The notes under the pieces are model-generated. The model ran no database searches, was not told the DNA's origin, and saw only the letters and a program-made list of their open reading frames with translations. A program made the translations under genes and the position numbers. DNA of 32,000 bases from Actinomycetales bacterium (GTDB taxonomy: Bacteria > Actinomycetota > Actinomycetes > Actinomycetales > Angustibacteraceae): assembly GCA_035707965.1 (NCBI GenBank), contig DASSTJ010000190.1, forward strand, positions 1 through 32,000, read 5' to 3'. This document shows positions 1 to 7,922 of this stretch, piece after piece; the stretch's first letter is position 1; every line of letters begins with the position of its first letter.

Positions 1-1905
1 CTGCGCGACGTCCTGCTCGGCCTGGTGACGGCGGCGGACGAGCCGATCTCCGGCGGCAGGCACAAGGTCTTCGGTAGCGCCGACCTCGCGGTGATCCCGC
101 AGACCTCGACGATCGCGTCCCACCTGCCGCGTGCCGTCGGCGTGGCCTTCGCGATCGCCCGGTCGCGCAAGCTCGGCGTCCCGTGCGCGTGGCCACGTGA
201 CGCGCTCGTGGTCGCGTCGCTCGGTGACGCCTCGATGAACCACTCCACGGCGGTCGGTGCGCTGAACACCGCGGCCTGGTGCGTCTACCAGGGCCTGCCG
301 ATGCCGCTGCTCGTCGTGTGCGAGGACAACGGGCTGGGGATCAGCGTGCCCACCCCGACCGGCTGGGTGGCGGCGCAGAACGTCGGCCGGCCGGGCTTCC
401 GGTACCTCGCCGCGGACGGTGCGGACCCGGCGTCCGTCTACGACACGGCGTTCGAGGCGGCCGATCACGTGCGTCGACGGCGGACGCCCGCGCTGCTGCA
501 CCTGTCGACCGTACGGTTCGGCGGACACGCCGGGTCGGACGTCGAGACCGCCTACCGCACGAGCGCCCAGATCGCGGCGGACGTCGAGCGCGATCCCGTG
601 CTGGGCACCGCTCGGCTGCTCGTGGGCTGCGGCGCGCTGACGGTCACCGAGCTCGTCGAGCGCTGGCGGGCGGTCGAGCGGCGCGTCAGGGACGTCGCCG
701 CGCAGGCGCTGTCGTCCCGTGCGCTCGAGACGCGCGCTGAGGTCGTCGCGCCCCTGGCCCCGCGCGGGCTACGTCCTGCCGCCGAAGCAGCGGCGTCCCC
801 TTCCGGAACTTGGTTGCCTTTGTGTACGGCAAACGGCCCCATTGGCGTACACAAAGGCAACCAAGTTCCCTCACCAGAGCCTGTGGTCGAGCGGCTCACT
901 CTGGCGCAGTCGGTGAACCGGGCCCTCGGCGAGCTGCTGGAGCAGCACCCCGAGCTGCTCGTCTTCGGCGAGGACGTCGCACGCAAGGGCGGCGTGTACG
1001 GAGTGACCCGCGGGCTGCAGAAGCGGTTCGGTGCCGCGCGGGTGTTCGACACGCTGCTGGACGAGCAGGCGATCCTGGGGCTGGCTCTGGGCGCGGGCGT
1101 CTCCGGCCTGCTCCCGGTCCCGGAGATCCAGTACCTGGCATACCTGCACAACGCGGAGGACCAGCTGCGCGGCGAGGCCGCGAGCCTGCAGTTCTTCTCC
1201 CGCGGGCAGTTCCGCAACCCGATGGTGGTGCGCATCGCGGGGTACGCGTACCAGCGCGGCTTCGGCGGGCACTTCCACAACGACAACGGGATCGCCGTAC
1301 TTCGTGACGTGCCCGGGCTCGTCGTCGCGTCGCCGTCCCGCCCGGACGACGCTGCCGCGATGCTGCGCACCTGCGTGGCTTCGGCGTCCGTCGACGGCTC
1401 GGTCTGCGCGTTCGTCGAACCAATCGCGCTCTACCACGAGCGCGACCTGCTGGCCGAGGGCGACGACGGGTGGCTGGCACCCTTCCCCCGCTCGGACGGA
1501 GACGTGCCGATCGGTTCTGGACGCACCTACGGTGACGGCGCCGACCTCACGGTCGTCACCTTCGGCAACGGGGTTCGGCTGGCGCTACGCGTGGCGGAAC
1601 GCTTGCGACGCAAGGGCATCGGTGTGCGCGTCCTCGACCTGCGCTGGCTGGCACCGCTGCCCGTGGACGACCTGCTGCGCGAGGCGTCCGCCGCCGGGCG
1701 GGTGCTCGTCGTCGACGAGACCCGGCACGCGGGTGGGGTGGGTGAGGGCGTCGTCACCGCGCTGGTCGAAGGCGGCTTCCGCGGTGGCGTCCGACGCGTG
1801 GCTGCGGCCGACTCGTTCGTGCCGCTCGGCGCCGCCGCGAACCTCGTTCTCGTGCAGGAGGACGAGGTGGAGCGCGCCGCCGTCCGGCTCGTCGACGGCG
1901 GCTGA
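1..1905 (+). CDS. TPP-dependent 2-oxo acid dehydrogenase E1 component, fused alpha+beta chains (5' end outside window)
   Basis: Frame 1 is open from base 1 (LRDVLLGLV...), so the GTG at 25 listed in the ORF track is unlikely to be the true start. The N-part has an E1-alpha TPP-binding signature (GDASMNHS...LLVVCEDNGLGIS). From about LTLAQSVNRALGELLEQHPELLVFGEDV...EQAILGLALGAG onward it looks like E1-beta (transketolase pyrimidine-binding and C-terminal domains, DLRWLAPLP). Stop at 1903-1905. Confidence 0.85.
   Translation: MRDVLLGLVTAADEPISGGRHKVFGSADLAVIPQTSTIASHLPRAVGVAFAIARSRKLGVPCAWPRDALVVASLGDASMNHSTAVGALNTAAWCVYQGLPMPLLVVCEDNGLGISVPTPTGWVAAQNVGRPGFRYLAADGADPASVYDTAFEAADHVRRRRTPALLHLSTVRFGGHAGSDVETAYRTSAQIAADVERDPVLGTARLLVGCGALTVTELVERWRAVERRVRDVAAQALSSRALETRAEVVAPLAPRGLRPAAEAAASPSGTWLPLCTANGPIGVHKGNQVPSPEPVVERLTLAQSVNRALGELLEQHPELLVFGEDVARKGGVYGVTRGLQKRFGAARVFDTLLDEQAILGLALGAGVSGLLPVPEIQYLAYLHNAEDQLRGEAASLQFFSRGQFRNPMVVRIAGYAYQRGFGGHFHNDNGIAVLRDVPGLVVASPSRPDDAAAMLRTCVASASVDGSVCAFVEPIALYHERDLLAEGDDGWLAPFPRSDGDVPIGSGRTYGDGADLTVVTFGNGVRLALRVAERLRRKGIGVRVLDLRWLAPLPVDDLLREASAAGRVLVVDETRHAGGVGEGVVTALVEGGFRGGVRRVAAADSFVPLGAAANLVLVQEDEVERAAVRLVDGG
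805..869. repeat. Perfect 24-bp inverted repeat with 17-nt loop (65 bp), AT-rich relative to surroundings, embedded in frame in the E1 alpha/beta linker
   Basis: Left arm 805-828 is GGAACTTGGTTGCCTTTGTGTACG. Right arm 846-869 is CGTACACAAAGGCAACCAAGTTCC, its exact reverse complement. Loop 829-845 is GCAAACGGCCCCATTGG. My hand count gives about 35/65 G+C versus visibly above 70% in the flanks. It encodes GTWLPLCTANGPIGVHKGNQVP on the + strand and a near-mirror peptide on the - strand. Confidence 0.95.
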
Positions 1906-2002
1906 GCTCCGCTGACCGTGCCCGAGCGGGCGACACGTCGCGTCACGGTCACCCGGCCTCGGTGCTTGCCCGGGTACGGCATGCTGGTCCGCAGGAGGCC
2001 AC

Positions 2003-2761
2003 ATGGTGACGCTCGACCTCAACTCTGATCTCGGCGAAGGCTACGGCCGCTGGGCCCTCGGGGACGACGAGGGACTCCTCGGCGTCGTGACGAGCGCCAA
2101 CGTCGCGTGCGGGTTCCACGCGGGGGACCCGTTGACCATGCGGCAGGTGTGCGACCAGGCAGTGGCGCGGCAGGTGAGCATCGGCGCGCAGGTGGGGTAC
2201 CACGACCTGGTGGGTTTCGGCCGGCGATTCATCGACGTCGATCCTCGTCAGCTCACGCAGGAGGTCATCTACCAGGTCGCCGCGCTCGACGGGTTCGCGC
2301 GCGTGGCCGGCTCCCGCGTGCGCTATGTGAAGCCGCACGGCGCGCTCTACAACGTGATCGGTCACCACGTCGAGCAGGCGACCGCGGTCGTCGAGGCCGT
2401 CCTGGAGTACGACCGGACGCTTCCCGTGCTCGGCCTGCCCGGTTCGGTCTGGCTGCGCCTCGCCGAGCGAGCGGGACTCACCGTCGTGCACGAGTCGTTC
2501 GCCGACCGCGCGTACGCGTCCGACGGCACCCTGGTGCCGCGCGGCCGTCCTGGCGCGGTGCTGCACGACGTGGATCTGATCGCGCGCCGGTGTGTGGCGC
2601 TGGCGACCGGTGAGGCGATCGAGGACGTCGACGGCCGACCGCTGCGCCTCACCACGGCCTCGGTCTGCGTGCACGGTGACACCCCGGGCGCCGTCGACAT
2701 CGCACGGCGCGTGCGCCAGACGCTCGAGGACGCCGGCGTGACCGTCGAGCCGTTCGCGTGA
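2003..2761 (+). CDS. pxpA: 5-oxoprolinase subunit A (LamB/YcsF family)
   Basis: N-terminal DLNSDLGEGYG motif, ACGFHAGDP and KPHGALYN are typical of LamB/YcsF (PxpA). AGGAGG lies 4 nt upstream of ATG 2003. Confidence 0.9.
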   Translation: MVTLDLNSDLGEGYGRWALGDDEGLLGVVTSANVACGFHAGDPLTMRQVCDQAVARQVSIGAQVGYHDLVGFGRRFIDVDPRQLTQEVIYQVAALDGFARVAGSRVRYVKPHGALYNVIGHHVEQATAVVEAVLEYDRTLPVLGLPGSVWLRLAERAGLTVVHESFADRAYASDGTLVPRGRPGAVLHDVDLIARRCVALATGEAIEDVDGRPLRLTTASVCVHGDTPGAVDIARRVRQTLEDAGVTVEPFA

Positions 2762-2844
2762 GAGCCCACGCCGACAGCTAGCTGCGGCGCGCCGGCTCCC
2801 CGTCGGGCGGGGACTCGCGCCATCTCGTTGCCAGGGAGGTCACC

Positions 2845-4527
2845 ATGCGCATCCGGCCCTGCGGGAGTCGGGCGCTGCTGCTCGAGCTGGACGACCTCGA
2901 GGACGCGCGCGACTGGTACGCGACGCTCCTCGACGCCGAGCTCCCGGGTGTCGTCGACCTCGTGCCGGCCGCCCGCACGGTGCTCGTCGTCGCCGGCGAG
3001 GGTGGCGCGAGCTCGCCGGTGCCTCGCTCGCCCCTCGGCTCTGGCGGGCTGACGCCGTCGCCGACGCTCGACGACCTGGTGCAGCGCCTGCGCACGATGC
3101 GGCCGGCGCGCGGCCGACGTCCTGCCGGCGCAGGGCAGGAGCCGCTCGAGGTTCCCGTGGTCTACGACGGCGAGGACCTGGCCGAGGTGGCGGACCTCCT
3201 GGGTGTCGAGGAGGCCGAGCTGGTGCGCCGGCACACCGGCCAGGCGTGGACGGTCGCCTTCTGCGGCTTCGCCCCCGGGTACGGCTACCTCGTCCCCGAG
3301 GGCACGGCGCACGGGCTGGAGTGGGGCTCGTTGCCGCGCCGCCACGTGCCGCGCACTCGTGTCCCGGCCGGTGCCGTCGCCGTGGCCGGCCGGTTCACGG
3401 GCATCTACCCCAGCCCCTCGCCTGGCGGCTGGCAGCTGATCGGCCGCACTGCGCTCGCCCTGTTCGATGCCGACCGTGAACCAGCAGCTCTTCTGGTTCC
3501 GGGCCGGCGTGTGCGCTTTCGGGACGTCACGCGCGAGGCTGGCTCGCTGAGCCGGGGACACGGGTGGTGGCCTCCGTGGACCGGGCGCTCCAGCGGGCCG
3601 GGGGACCGTCCCGGAGGGTCGCGAGTGCGCGCGTCGGTGGTCGAGCCGGTGCTCACCGTCGTCCGCGCCGGCCCCTCGACGACGACGCAGGACGACGGCC
3701 GGCCGGGCGCTGCGAGCATCGGGGTGAGCCCGTCGGGTGCGGCCGACCGCGCGTCGTACCGGCTGGCGAACCGGCTGGTTGGCAACAGGTCGGGCGCCGC
3801 GGCGCTGGAGGTCACTGCCGGTGGGCTCGTGCTGCGGGCGGTGCGGCACGTGCTCGTCGCAGTGACGGGCGCACCGTGCGCCGGTGCGCCGCACGACGGG
3901 TCCGTGTGGTTGAGGGCCGGCGACGAGCTGACGCTCGGCACGCCGTCGCGTGGCCTGCGCACCTACGTGGCCGTGCGCGGCGGCGTCGAGGTGCCGCAGG
4001 TCATGGGCTCCCGCTCGGTCGACGTGCTCTCTGGCCTCGGGCCGGCACCGCTACGGGCAGGCGATCTGCTGGCGCTCGCGGGGGCCGCCGGCGAGCTGCC
4101 GTCCGTGGACGTCGCACCGCGGTCGACTGTCGGCGTGACCCCTGGCACGGCCCAGCCGGTGCGGCTGCTGCCTGGGCCACGACTCGACTGGTTCACCGAG
4201 GCGGCCTGGCGCACGCTGACGCAGTCGGAGTACCGCGTGACGCAGGACAGCAACCGCGTCGGCCTGCGGCTGGACGGTCCCGGGCTCGCTCGCGCGGTGG
4301 GCGACGAGCTGCCGAGTGAAGGTCTCGTGCGGGGAGCGGTGCAGGTGCCGCCGTCCGGCCTGCCGCTGGTGTTCCTCGCCGACCACCCGACCACCGGCGG
4401 CTACCCGGTGATCGCCTGCGCCGTGGACGAGGACGTCGACGCGCTGGGCCAGCTGCGCCCCGGCGACGCGGTGCGCTTCACCCCAGCGACTTCTGATGGC
4501 TTTGGCACCCCTGAAGCGCGGGTGTGA
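2845..4527 (+). CDS. pxpB-pxpC: 5-oxoprolinase subunits B and C fused in one ORF (KipI-like + KipA-like, allophanate hydrolase subunit 1/2 folds)
   Basis: The N-part (MRIRPCGSRALLLELDD...VVYDGEDLAEVA...AFCGFAPGYGYL...GIYPSPSPGGWQLIGRT) is PxpB/KipI-like. From about VLTVVRAGPSTTTQDDGRPGAASIGVSPSGAADRASYRLANRLVGN it is PxpC/KipA-like (...ADHPTTGGYPVIA). No stop codon separates the halves. AGGGAGG RBS lies before ATG 2845. Confidence 0.85.
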   Translation: MRIRPCGSRALLLELDDLEDARDWYATLLDAELPGVVDLVPAARTVLVVAGEGGASSPVPRSPLGSGGLTPSPTLDDLVQRLRTMRPARGRRPAGAGQEPLEVPVVYDGEDLAEVADLLGVEEAELVRRHTGQAWTVAFCGFAPGYGYLVPEGTAHGLEWGSLPRRHVPRTRVPAGAVAVAGRFTGIYPSPSPGGWQLIGRTALALFDADREPAALLVPGRRVRFRDVTREAGSLSRGHGWWPPWTGRSSGPGDRPGGSRVRASVVEPVLTVVRAGPSTTTQDDGRPGAASIGVSPSGAADRASYRLANRLVGNRSGAAALEVTAGGLVLRAVRHVLVAVTGAPCAGAPHDGSVWLRAGDELTLGTPSRGLRTYVAVRGGVEVPQVMGSRSVDVLSGLGPAPLRAGDLLALAGAAGELPSVDVAPRSTVGVTPGTAQPVRLLPGPRLDWFTEAAWRTLTQSEYRVTQDSNRVGLRLDGPGLARAVGDELPSEGLVRGAVQVPPSGLPLVFLADHPTTGGYPVIACAVDEDVDALGQLRPGDAVRFTPATSDGFGTPEARV

Positions 4528-4563
4528 GGTGCCCATTCGCACCGGGAGTGCGGTCCCGCGGGC

Positions 4564-5130
4564 TCAGCCGTCGCAGAGCGCCAGCAGCTTCGTGACCGTG
4601 GACCAGTTGCGCGCGGTGCCCGAGCCCTTGGTGCTCAAGGGGCCGTGCGCCTTGCCGAGCTGCACGGCGAGCTCGCTGCGGCCGAGGCCTGCGGGCGTGT
4701 GCAGGTAGAGCACGTCGCCGACGAGGGTGGCGTCGTCGGGGCTGCCCTTGTCGCGGGCGGTGTGCACCGCCATCTCGACGAAGGCGCTCAGCTGCGCGCC
4801 GGGCTTGTCGCCGAAGAACACCGCGTGCACGTACTTCGGGTTGCTCTCGTCGGGGTAGGGGCTGCGGTCGATGGCCCGGGCCAGCTCGTCACGCGTCAGC
4901 ACGGCAACCCGCGGCCGGATGCCGAACGCCTCCTCGACGGCGTCCTCCAGCTGGGTGGCGAGCGTGACGGTCACGGCTCTCGCCGGCGTGAACAGCAGGT
5001 TGCCGCTCTGGATGTACGTGCTCACGTCGGTGTGGCCGAGTGCGCTCACGGCGTCACGCAGCGCGGGCATGGCGATGCGGTTACGCGTGCCGACGTTGAT
5101 CCCCCGCAGCAGCGCGACGTGGCTCGGCAT
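4564..5130 (-). CDS. DUF1697 family protein
   Basis: Only the last 188 codons of the 1014-aa ORF 4564..7608 look real. [25 protein letters not shown]... is the characteristic DUF1697 N-terminus. ATG at 5130 (plus-strand cat at 5128-5130). The rest of that ORF is antisense to nuoB/C/H. Confidence 0.8.
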   Translation of the reverse strand: MPSHVALLRGINVGTRNRIAMPALRDAVSALGHTDVSTYIQSGNLLFTPARAVTVTLATQLEDAVEEAFGIRPRVAVLTRDELARAIDRSPYPDESNPKYVHAVFFGDKPGAQLSAFVEMAVHTARDKGSPDDATLVGDVLYLHTPAGLGRSELAVQLGKAHGPLSTKGSGTARNWSTVTKLLALCDG

Positions 5131-5247
5131 GAGGACATCCTGTACCCCGAGCTCGGCCGGCAGGAGCGATCGCCCTCGTGTGCTCGTCAGTCGGCCTCTG
5201 CGACCGTTGATCCTGCCGGTCGGTCCCGGGTACCCACCGGCGCTAGG

Positions 5248-5853
5248 GTGGCGAACGTGCCGGTCGACCTGCCTGCGCCGCGCGTCGGGCCCCTCGCCGA
5301 GGTGGCTCCGCGCCCGCTGCGGCTCGTGCTCAACTGGGGTCGGCGCTACAGCTTGTGGGTCTTCAACTTCGGCCTGGCTTGCTGCGCGATCGAGTTCATC
5401 GCGGCCAGCATGGCGCGGCACGACTTCATCCGGCTCGGCGTCATCCCGTTCGCGCCAGGCCCTCGGCAGGCTGACCTCATGGTCGTCTCGGGCACGGTCA
5501 CGGACAAGATGGCTCCCGCCGTGCGCCGCCTCTACGACCAGATGCCTGAGCCGAAGTACGTGATCTCGTTCGGCGCGTGCAGCAACTCGGGCGGGCCGTA
5601 CTGGGACTCGTACTGCGTCACCAAGGGCGTCGACCAGGTCATCCCCGTCGACGTCTACGTGCCAGGCTGCCCGCCGCGTCCGGAGGCGCTGCTGCACGGC
5701 ATCCTCCGCCTGCAGGAGCGCATCGCGAACGAGTCCGTGAGCGGCGAGGCCATCGCGCGCCGCCGGCGTCCGGCCACCGCCGGACAGGTGACGCGTCCCC
5801 TCGTGACGGCGGCGGACGGCGGTCCGATCACAGCCGCAGAGCCGGCGTCGTGA
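5248..5853 (+). CDS. nuoB: NADH-quinone oxidoreductase subunit B-like (20 kDa/PSST)
   Basis: [22 protein letters not shown]...[14 protein letters not shown]...[15 protein letters not shown] retains all four Cys of the N2 [4Fe-4S] site. In-frame GTG candidates at 5248 and 5257. Sequence upstream of that in ORF 4645..5853 is antisense to DUF1697. Confidence 0.9.
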   Translation: MANVPVDLPAPRVGPLAEVAPRPLRLVLNWGRRYSLWVFNFGLACCAIEFIAASMARHDFIRLGVIPFAPGPRQADLMVVSGTVTDKMAPAVRRLYDQMPEPKYVISFGACSNSGGPYWDSYCVTKGVDQVIPVDVYVPGCPPRPEALLHGILRLQERIANESVSGEAIARRRRPATAGQVTRPLVTAADGGPITAAEPAS

Positions 5854-5854
5854 C

Positions 5855-6487
5855 GTGAGCGCCATCGGCACGCCGGACGACGTGGCGGCGCGTCTCGCGT
5901 CCGTCATGGGAGCGGAGGAGCCGCTGGGCTCGGAAGACGCGCACGGGACCGTCTGCGTCGACGTCCCCCGCCAGCTGTGGACGCAGGCGCTTCTCGCGGC
6001 TCGGGACTCCCTGGGTCTCGACATGCTGGACTGGCTCTCGGCCGTCGACGAGCCGGAGGCCGACCCCCCCAGCGTCGACGTCGTGCTGCACGCCGTCGAC
6101 TCGAGCTCGGGCGGGCCTCGCGCCGCAGGCGGAGGGCTGGTGCGGCTCCTCCTGCGCACGAGGGTTCCGGCCGACGACCTGAGGGTGGCGTCGGCGACGG
6201 ACGTGTGGCCGGGCGCGGCGTGGCACGAGCGCGAGACGCACGAGATGTTCGGCGTCGAGTTCACCGGGTTCGAGGACGGCACGGGCATGGGGCTGCGTCC
6301 GCTGCTGCTGCCCGACGGGTTCGAGGGCACGCCGCTGCGCAAGTCCTTCGTGCTCGCCGCCCGGGCCAGCAAGCCCTGGCCGGGCGCGAAGGAGCCGGGG
6401 GAGAGCGACGCCAGGTCCTCCCCGTCTCGCCGCAAGCTGCTGCCGCCGGGTGTGCCCGACCAGACCTGGGGCCCACGTGAGCCGTGA
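5855..6487 (+). CDS. nuoC: NADH-quinone oxidoreductase subunit C-like (30 kDa)
   Basis: WPGAAWHERETHEMFGVEFTGF...RPLLLPDGFEGTPLRKSF is the conserved NuoC core. GTG 5855 lies 1 nt after the nuoB stop (5851-5853). At 210 aa it is not a NuoCD fusion. Confidence 0.85.
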   Translation: MSAIGTPDDVAARLASVMGAEEPLGSEDAHGTVCVDVPRQLWTQALLAARDSLGLDMLDWLSAVDEPEADPPSVDVVLHAVDSSSGGPRAAGGGLVRLLLRTRVPADDLRVASATDVWPGAAWHERETHEMFGVEFTGFEDGTGMGLRPLLLPDGFEGTPLRKSFVLAARASKPWPGAKEPGESDARSSPSRRKLLPPGVPDQTWGPREP

Positions 6488-6570
6488 CCCCCGCCGTCCA
6501 GTGACCCCGACTCGTCCGCGCGTGGGGCGTGTCGCGTACGGCTGGGGCCACTCAACGGGGCGGAGCTGCG

Positions 6571-7530
6571 GTGCCTGACCTGCTGGACGCCGTGCTGCGG
6601 GCGCTCGCCGTGCTCGGAGCCTTCCTGGTGCTCCCGTTGCTCGTCGGCCAGACCGAGCACAAGGTCATGGCGCACATGCAGGGTCGGCTGGGGCCGATGT
6701 ACGCCGGGGGGTTCCACGGGTGGGCGCAGCTGGTGGCGGACGGCGTGAAGTTCGTCCAGAAGGAGGACATCACCCCCGCGGCCGCTGACCGACGCGTCTT
6801 CAGGCTGGCCCCCGCGGTCGCGCTGGTGCCCTACCTCGTCGTGATGGTGGCGATCCCGTTGGCTCCCGGGGTGGTCGGTGCCGACCTCGACGCGGGTCTG
6901 CTGTTCGTGCTCGCGGCGAGCGCGGTCGGCGTCCTCGGCACGTTGATGGCCGGCTGGGCGAGCGCCAACAAGTACTCGCTGCTGGGAGCGCTGCGCACGG
7001 CCGCTCAGCTGCTGTCGTACGAGCTGCCGATCGTGCTGGCGGCGAGCAGCGTCGCCATGGCGGCTGGCACCTTGTCGCTGAGCGGCATCGCCGACGCCTG
7101 GCAGCCGTGGTGGCTCGCGTGGCAGGCACCGGCGGCCATCGCGTTCTTCGTGGCGGGCGTGGCCGAGCTGGCCCGCACGCCGTTCGACATGCCGGTGGCC
7201 GACTCCGAGATCGTCTTCGGGCCCTACACCGAGTACAGCGGTCTGCGCTTCGCCTTCTTCCTGCTGAGCGAGTACGCGGGCATCGTCGTCCTGGCCGCGC
7301 TGACGACGGTGCTGTTCCTCGGCGGCTGGCAGGGGCCGGGACCGGAGTGGCTCGGGGTGGTCTGGACGCTCGGCAAGGTCGGGCTCGTCTCGCTCGTCGT
7401 CATCTGGGTTCGCGTGGCCTGGCCACGCGTGCGCGAGGACCAGCTGCAGGCGCTGGCGTGGAAGGTGCTGGTTCCGCTCACGCTGGCCCAGCTGGCCCTC
7501 ACCGGCGTCGTGGTCGTCGCGGCCTCGTGA
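6571..7530 (+). CDS. nuoH: NADH-quinone oxidoreductase subunit H-like (ND1), polytopic membrane protein
   Basis: HKVMAHMQGRLGPMY...LVADGVKFVQKEDITPAAADRRVFRLAP...GWASANKYSLLGALRTAAQLLSYELP...ELARTPFDMPVADSEIV...YTEYSGLRFAFFLLSEY matches NuoH/ND1 signatures. GTG 6571 is preceded by GGGGCGGAG. An alternative in-frame start is at 6529. Confidence 0.85.
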   Translation: MPDLLDAVLRALAVLGAFLVLPLLVGQTEHKVMAHMQGRLGPMYAGGFHGWAQLVADGVKFVQKEDITPAAADRRVFRLAPAVALVPYLVVMVAIPLAPGVVGADLDAGLLFVLAASAVGVLGTLMAGWASANKYSLLGALRTAAQLLSYELPIVLAASSVAMAAGTLSLSGIADAWQPWWLAWQAPAAIAFFVAGVAELARTPFDMPVADSEIVFGPYTEYSGLRFAFFLLSEYAGIVVLAALTTVLFLGGWQGPGPEWLGVVWTLGKVGLVSLVVIWVRVAWPRVREDQLQALAWKVLVPLTLAQLALTGVVVVAAS

Positions 7531-7580
7531 ACGGTGCCACGTCGCACAGGGCATCGTCTTGCGCTCACCCGCCTCCTTGC

Positions 7581-7596
7581 GTACAGCTTCCGGTAC
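7581..7596 (+). promoter_or_regulatory. Candidate YefM operator: two GTAC cores 12 bp centre to centre, just upstream of the yefM RBS
   Basis: cGTACa at 7580-7585 and gGTACg at 7592-7597 (GTAC at 7581-7584 and 7593-7596). The E. coli yefM-yoeB operator is described as paired palindromes with TGTACA cores. This is my recollection, not checked here. Confidence 0.3.
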
Positions 7597-7606
7597 GGGA
7601 GGTGCC

Positions 7607-7864
7607 ATGAAGGCGATGAGCTACACGGAGTCCCGCGCTCGCTATGTCGAGGTGCTGGACGGCGTCGTCAACGACCGCGAGGAAGTCATCATCACCAGGG
7701 CCGGACACGAGTCGGTCGTCATGGTGTCTGTCGACGACGACGAGTCTCTTCGCGAGACCGCGTACCTGATGCGTTCGCCGGCCAACGCGCGGCGCCTGCT
7801 CGATGCGATGGAGCGGCTCGAGTCAGGTCGAGGTGACGCCCACGACCTGATCGCGAACGACTGA
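7607..7864 (+). CDS. yefM: Type II antitoxin, Phd/YefM family
   Basis: [13 protein letters not shown]...[50 protein letters not shown] aligns closely by eye to E. coli YefM ([27 protein letters not shown]). GGGAGG RBS at 7597-7602, ATG at 7607. Confidence 0.9.
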   Translation: [85 protein letters not shown]

Positions 7865-7865
7865 G

Positions 7866-7907
7866 GTGCTCCTCGTCTGGGACACCGCTACGGCTAGCCC
7901 CGGATGA
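7866..7907 (+). pseudogene. Probable remnant of a yoeB-type toxin gene (13 codons then stop)
   Basis: GTG 7866 sits 1 nt after the yefM stop, the position where yoeB normally starts. It translates VLLVWDTATASPG*. LLVW resembles the KLIW/LVW start of YoeB toxins, after which similarity is lost. The stop lies 15 nt before the convergent LanC-like stop codon. Confidence 0.4.
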
Positions 7908-7922
7908 GGCGCTGGTCGGCGG

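Noticed and set aside
4528-4563. Bidirectional terminator between pxpBC and the DUF1697 gene (GCAC-cggga-GTGC / CCGGGA...TCCCGC)
   Set aside because: The stems are only 4-6 bp with a mismatch and no U/A tracts, too weak to call.
5131-5247. Possible nuoA remnant upstream of nuoB
   Set aside because: None of the three forward frames gives a hydrophobic NuoA-like peptide. The region looks like a plain divergent promoter spacer.
4564-7608. 1014-aa minus-strand ORF, the longest in the track
   Set aside because: Apart from its last 188 codons (the DUF1697 gene) it is antisense to nuoB, nuoC and nuoH. Its translation is Arg/Pro/Gly/Asp-rich low complexity with no recognisable motifs, a typical high-GC shadow ORF.
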